Shown: positions 59,343-64,000 of the stretch, piece after piece
Numbering within the stretch: position 1 is the stretch's first letter
Layout: each line of letters begins with the position of its first letter
NCBI GenBank assembly: GCA_963715865.1
Contig: OY970280.1
Span: 2,240,001-2,304,000 of the forward strand
Length of the DNA: 64,000 nt
Source of the DNA: Candidatus Bathyarchaeota archaeon
GTDB lineage: Archaea; Thermoproteota; Bathyarchaeia; Bathyarchaeales; Bathycorpusculaceae
Direction: 5' to 3'
Position numbers and translations under genes: made by a program
Notes under the pieces: model-generated
Database searches by the model: none
Told to the model about the DNA's origin: nothing
The model's input: only the letters and a program-made list of their open reading frames with translations

Positions 59343-60521
59343 ATGAGAATAAACGGAAAATATTTGTTTACTTCTGAGTCAGTTGGAGAAGGTCACCCAG
59401 ACAAGGTTGCAGACCAAATATCCGACAGCGTTTTAGACGCAATATTCTGCAATGACCCCCAAGCAAGAGTTGACTGCGAAACGCTCGTAATGCAGGGAAC
59501 CGTAATGATTACGGGTCAAATAACCACTTGCACCTACGTTGATATCCCAAAAATTGTCCGCCAGACCTTGAAAGAAATTGGGTTCGACAATGCTAAGGAC
59601 GGCTTAGACTGGGAAACATGCGGCATCTTGGTTTCACTAACTGCGCAGTCTCCAGACATCGCTATGGGCGTAAACGAATCCAAGGGTCATGAGCAGGGCG
59701 CTGGTGACCAAGGAATGGTTTTCGGCTATGCAACCAACGAGACAAAGGAGCTTATGCCTTTGCCGATTATGCTGGCGCATAAACTTGTTAAACGCTTAGC
59801 TGAATGCAGAAAAACGAAACTTATGCCTTATCTGCGTCCTGACTGCAAATCTCAGGTTACAGTGGAATATGAGAGTGGCAAGCCTAAATGTGTGAAGACT
59901 GTGGTTATTGCTGCTCAAAACAACGGAACCGTTGACGACGCAATTTTGAAAAAAGACATTATTGAAAAGGTCATTAAGTACGTTATTCCAGCGAACATGT
60001 TAAGCGAAGACATAAAATACGTTATCAACGGAACCGGAAGATTCGTCATTGGCGGAACATTGGCGGATTCAGGGTTAACTGGCAGAAAAATCATCGTTGA
60101 CACTTACGGCGGCGTTGGAAGTCACGGCGGCGGATGCTTCAGCGGCAAAGACCCATCGAAAGTTGACAGGTCAGGATGTTACATGGCAAGATATATCGCC
60201 AAGAACATTGTTGCTGCGGGGTTGGCTGATCAATGCGAAATCCAAATTTCCTACGCTATCGGTGTAGCTCAACCAATCTCTGTTTTGGTGAATACTTACG
60301 AAACAGGGAAACTGCCAGACGAGCAACTTCTCGAGTTAGTGAAGAAATATTTCGACATGAGGCCTAAAGCAATCATTGACCAACTAAACCTGCTAAGACC
60401 AATATACAAAAAAACCGCAGTGTTCGGCCACTTCGGAAGAGAAGAACCAGAATTCACCTGGGAAAAAACCGACAAGGCAGAATTACTCAGAAAAGAACTA
60501 GAAAACGCCAAAAAATCCTAA
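59343..60521 (+). CDS. metK: S-adenosylmethionine synthetase, bacterial/eukaryotic type
   Basis: [49 protein letters not shown]. Confidence 0.96.
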   Translation: MRINGKYLFTSESVGEGHPDKVADQISDSVLDAIFCNDPQARVDCETLVMQGTVMITGQITTCTYVDIPKIVRQTLKEIGFDNAKDGLDWETCGILVSLTAQSPDIAMGVNESKGHEQGAGDQGMVFGYATNETKELMPLPIMLAHKLVKRLAECRKTKLMPYLRPDCKSQVTVEYESGKPKCVKTVVIAAQNNGTVDDAILKKDIIEKVIKYVIPANMLSEDIKYVINGTGRFVIGGTLADSGLTGRKIIVDTYGGVGSHGGGCFSGKDPSKVDRSGCYMARYIAKNIVAAGLADQCEIQISYAIGVAQPISVLVNTYETGKLPDEQLLELVKKYFDMRPKAIIDQLNLLRPIYKKTAVFGHFGREEPEFTWEKTDKAELLRKELENAKKS

Positions 60522-60627
60522 ACTTTCATTTTAAATTTAATTTTTTTCTCGCTTTCTAGTCAAGTACTCTGTTGCTCGAAAAAGTCTTTAGCCTGTCTAT
60601 ATGAAGCAACAAATGAGGGAGGAGGCC

Positions 60628-61448
60628 TTACTGTTCAACGATGGCTTTTCCACCATTCGCCTCAACCAAAATGGCAAGCTGCCTCACGGCTTTTAGAAGC
60701 TTTTCCGCAGGCTTTTCTTTATTTTTGGCTGTAACAGTTAAGTGAATCTCGATATGAGGCTTATTTTCTACACCCAAAGGATGAGACTTTATGTAAACAC
60801 CCGCATTACCACTCATGACTTTGTCGATTAATGGAGCTAAATGCGATTCCATCATGTTATCCACAAACATGCTTCTTTCACAAAAAACCCTGTCGCCAAC
60901 GGCTTGTTTAAGCAACGACGCTATAGTTTCCGTAAAAATCGCTTCCATTTCTGAAGGTACACCTGGCAAAGCAAACAACACCGTTCCTTCCACATCGACG
61001 CGTACTCCGGGTGCAGTTCCAATTGGGTTGTTGATTGGTTCTGTTTTTTCCGGTAAGGTTGCCATTTTGACTCTGGCTGGTGTTAATTCAATTGATGTTG
61101 GGAGTTGCCTTTTTCTGGCATATTCCACGTATTTTCCCTTAACCATTGCTAACGCTTTCTGGTTGATTTCCAATTTGCGGTTTAGTGCTTTTGCTATGCC
61201 CTCTAACGTTTTATCGTCAAAAGTCGGCCCTAACCCGCCAGTTGTAATTATGAACTGCGGCTTTCGCTCTATGGCTTCGCGAATAATATTAGCTATTTCG
61301 TCAACAAGATCTTGTACTACTGTTATTCGCTTAACGTTTACTCCAAGATTTGTTGCCTGTTTAGACAGCCAATGAGCGTTTGTATTAAGTGTCTTGCCTA
61401 TTAGTAACTCGTTGCCTACACAGATTATTTCCATGGCTGTGGCCATAG
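60628..61448 (-). CDS. CinA-like molybdopterin-binding-domain protein
   Basis: IICVGNELLIG.TLNTNA, TGGLGPTFDDKT, LPGVPSEM; start near 61448 preferred (ORF track 61512). Confidence 0.85.
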
Positions 61449-61540
61449 CATTCACATCGCGGGTCAAGTAACCGAAAATTATTCTTTTGTTGTTTATAGT
61501 GTTTGCTAACAAAACGTGTATAATACTTGGCTGAGCGGTT

Positions 61541-61744
61541 TTATTTCTTGCTAAGCCACCATTTGAGGTATTCTTTTCTGCGGTTTTCTTTCTCTTCTTC
61601 CTCTGTTTCTTCGCTTGGCCTATTCTTTTCGCGTAGTTCCATGAGTTCTTGCTGTGTCACTGATAAGCCGCAGCTTTTGCAAACATAGTGTTTGGTGGAC
61701 ATAACGTACTGCATTTCTCCGCCGCATTCAGGACAATATATCAT
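61541..61744 (-). CDS. Small Zn-finger protein
   Basis: CPECGG...CKSCG; acidic tail; YLKWWL. Confidence 0.7.
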   Translation of the reverse strand: MIYCPECGGEMQYVMSTKHYVCKSCGLSVTQQELMELREKNRPSEETEEEEKENRRKEYLKWWLSKK

Positions 61745-61842
61745 TCTATAGTCTCTCAGGGAAGTTTTATAGTAAATCGCTTTTGCAAAGATATTAGTCT
61801 TCGCATAGGTTTGAGTAATTTTAGCCTAAAAACTAGTGGCTC

Positions 61843-62886
61843 TTAGACGTGAGTGTACACTCTGTCACTCGTGTATTTTCCCGTATCCATTTCCTGCTCG
61901 ATTTCACGCAAAAGCAAAATGCGCTTAAACGTCGGCGGGTGGGTAGAAAACAAACTGTTCATTTGGTGCCATGTGCTTTTGGATTCTTTCTCCATCGCTA
62001 ATTCCAACTCACGCTCGTCCAAAACCCCATCGTGGTCTAAGTCGTACTCGTCTTTATGCTCCATGATGTGCTGGATTTCCTGTTTTGCTGCTGCTGGGTC
62101 TTCAATGTAGAATGCTCTGGCTCCTTCCGGCGCTTTGGGTGAGAGGGATAAGCCATAAGTGATTTTTGCCAAGGCACTTTCCAGTTCTCTAGGTGAACCT
62201 GTCACGTAAGCGGAGTAGGCATCAGCATAGTGTTCGCGAAGTCGGCTAAGTCTCATGACAATCAGGAATGTTAAAATGTAAATTATAAAGGCGATTACGC
62301 CGATTACAATTAATGCCGCACCTGAATTATCTTTACTGTTTCTTCGTCCACCGCTAAATGCACCTGCATATAGCGTTGCCTGTGCGATGAAGTATGCGAT
62401 TAATGGCAAGGCTGAGAGCACAGTCATAACGATGTAATCTTTATGTTTAACGTGGCCTAACTCGTGAGCTATTACACCTTTAACTTCGTTTTCATTTAAC
62501 TGCTTGAGGAGCCCTTCATGCACGGCTAAGGTGGCGCTGCTTGTGCTTCTGCCAAAAGTAAACGCGTTAGGGGTATTATTTGGAACTGTGGCTAACTTGG
62601 GCATGGGTAACCCGCTTTTGTCGGCTATTTCTTTAACTGTTTTTTCAAGCCATGGGTTCTCGCCAGGTTTAAGGTAATGCAGATGTGTTGTGGCTGCAAC
62701 AATGGCTGGACCTACTGCATACTGGAATAGTATGAAGAGTGCTGAACCGCCCAAAGCAACAGCTAAACCAATAAAAACATCCAGTTGCAAGAAGAAAACA
62801 ATTGCAAAAACGAGAAGACCAAATATGAAGGCTGATAAGAAAATCGAAAGCGCCATTGCAAACTTTAATTGTGACAGACTAGCCAA
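61843..62886 (-). CDS. htpX: M48 zinc metalloprotease HtpX
   Basis: PNAFTFG, AHELGH, SRLREHYAD, FSTHPP. Confidence 0.92.
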   Translation of the reverse strand: MASLSQLKFAMALSIFLSAFIFGLLVFAIVFFLQLDVFIGLAVALGGSALFILFQYAVGPAIVAATTHLHYLKPGENPWLEKTVKEIADKSGLPMPKLATVPNNTPNAFTFGRSTSSATLAVHEGLLKQLNENEVKGVIAHELGHVKHKDYIVMTVLSALPLIAYFIAQATLYAGAFSGGRRNSKDNSGAALIVIGVIAFIIYILTFLIVMRLSRLREHYADAYSAYVTGSPRELESALAKITYGLSLSPKAPEGARAFYIEDPAAAKQEIQHIMEHKDEYDLDHDGVLDERELELAMEKESKSTWHQMNSLFSTHPPTFKRILLLREIEQEMDTGKYTSDRVYTHV

Positions 62887-62996
62887 CTTTATGCCCTCCC
62901 GTAGTTTTCACAAGTACTAAAATAAAGAATTAAGTCTTTCTCAAAAAATTCACAAGAAACTGCATGAATTTTCAAACAAAAGAATAAAAAGAAAAT

Positions 62997-63977
62997 TTAG
63001 ATTGGGTAAGCTCCGCAAATCTTGCAGAACTGAATCTTTGTTTTCACATAGCTTTTGCATTTTGGGCACTGTATTCCGCCGTTGTCTGGAAAGACGTCTT
63101 TTGGTTTGCCAAACTTCTTGCGGAAATGCTCGTAGTATAGTAGTTGTTCTTTGTCTTGGATTTCCACGTCATCTTTTTCTTTTATTGCCTTCTTTTTCTC
63201 TGCAAAATCCTTGTCAGAAATCATGTCGTTGAAGTATGTTCTGAGCGTTTCTGTTCCTGTACCCTGTTCAAGTGGCGCTTTTGATCTCCAAATAATATCT
63301 TTAGGTATCACGTCCTCGTATGCCTTGCGAAGAATCCATTTGCTGTATTTTACGCCGTTGTACATGTTTATCTTAAATTTGATGGGGAGTTTCTTTGCCC
63401 AATCCATAAACAAGGGATCCATGTAAGGTGCCTTGATAGTCACTCCAAGAGACTCTGCCATGGGTAATGAAGAGAAACCCATCTCTGCCCACATTTCCTG
63501 CTGCTTCTGTGCAAATTCTTTTTCGGTCAGGTGAAATTGCCATGGGTAACCGAAAAGCTCGTCTAAAGCGTCGCCTGTGAATACGCTTTTTATTCCTTTA
63601 TCTTTAAAGATGGTTAAACCAATGTACACTGGTAAGCTGTTTCTGATTTCCATAGGGTCGAATTTTTTGAGTGCTTCAACAACTTTTGGGTAATATTTGA
63701 GTACTTCTTCGCGGTCAAACTGGTGGGTTTCATGTTTAAGCTTTAAGAGAGCAACCATTTTCTTCACGTATTCGGTGTCTTTGGGGGTTCCATGCTTGAA
63801 AGCTAAAGTGAGGCATGGAATGTCAGGTTTGTACTTTACTGCTTCATAAGCAATTATTTGGGTGTCTGTTCCAGCTGAAAACAAGAAGCCGTCAGCCATG
63901 TTTTTTTTGACAACTTTGTTTACTAAGGTTTTTACTTCTGGTAAGAGGTTGGTGTATTCTGATGGGTTTAGGGTCAT
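62997..63977 (-). CDS. Asparagine-synthase C-terminal-domain protein with terminal Zn-ribbon, no glutaminase domain
   Basis: FSAGTDT, VFTGDALDELFGY, KWILRKA, WRSKAP, CPKC...CKICG. Confidence 0.75.
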   Translation of the reverse strand: MTLNPSEYTNLLPEVKTLVNKVVKKNMADGFLFSAGTDTQIIAYEAVKYKPDIPCLTLAFKHGTPKDTEYVKKMVALLKLKHETHQFDREEVLKYYPKVVEALKKFDPMEIRNSLPVYIGLTIFKDKGIKSVFTGDALDELFGYPWQFHLTEKEFAQKQQEMWAEMGFSSLPMAESLGVTIKAPYMDPLFMDWAKKLPIKFKINMYNGVKYSKWILRKAYEDVIPKDIIWRSKAPLEQGTGTETLRTYFNDMISDKDFAEKKKAIKEKDDVEIQDKEQLLYYEHFRKKFGKPKDVFPDNGGIQCPKCKSYVKTKIQFCKICGAYPI

Positions 63978-64000
63978 TTTTTTCCCTCGCAATACATTGT

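Overview
Archaeal chromosomal window. Gene content (ACDS/CODH operon, Ftr, CofE, FrhB, GPN-loop GTPase, deoxyhypusine synthases, many YncE/PQQ surface propellers) suggests an anaerobic TACK archaeon, probably Bathyarchaeia (inference). Left to right: (1) 5' end of cysK and tRNA-Leu(GAG), followed by a ~7.7-kb integrase-less composite island that ends in a 59-bp copy of the tRNA 3' part and carries oxidative-stress cargo (Cys-rich micro-protein, AhpC, KatG, PerR/Fur, Rieske ferredoxin), a complete IS and a VapBC pair; (2) ferredoxin, HDAC-family deacetylase, argS; (3) two deoxyhypusine-synthase paralogues bracketing membrane-anchored surface beta-propeller genes, which share a 37-bp tandem-palindrome upstream motif and include a membrane-anchored wHTH regulator; (4) a PLP-enzyme/DUF1611/PP-loop operon of unknown function; (5) cofE, MTHFR-like, FrhB-like; (6) cooC-cooC-cdhABCDE interrupted by an inverted NuoEFG/HydABC-like cassette flanked by a duplicated 153-bp cooC tail, with three +1 frameshifts in cdhA/cdhB; (7) purine genes with an embedded HAD, a divergent Ftr and PfkB; (8) receivers, tRNA-Gly(CCC) with a TRAM islet, GPN GTPase, RidA, bacterial-type MetK, CinA-like, HtpX, AsnB-like. 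No CRISPR array, rRNA or integrase seen. All protein calls come from motif recognition by eye, not database searches.
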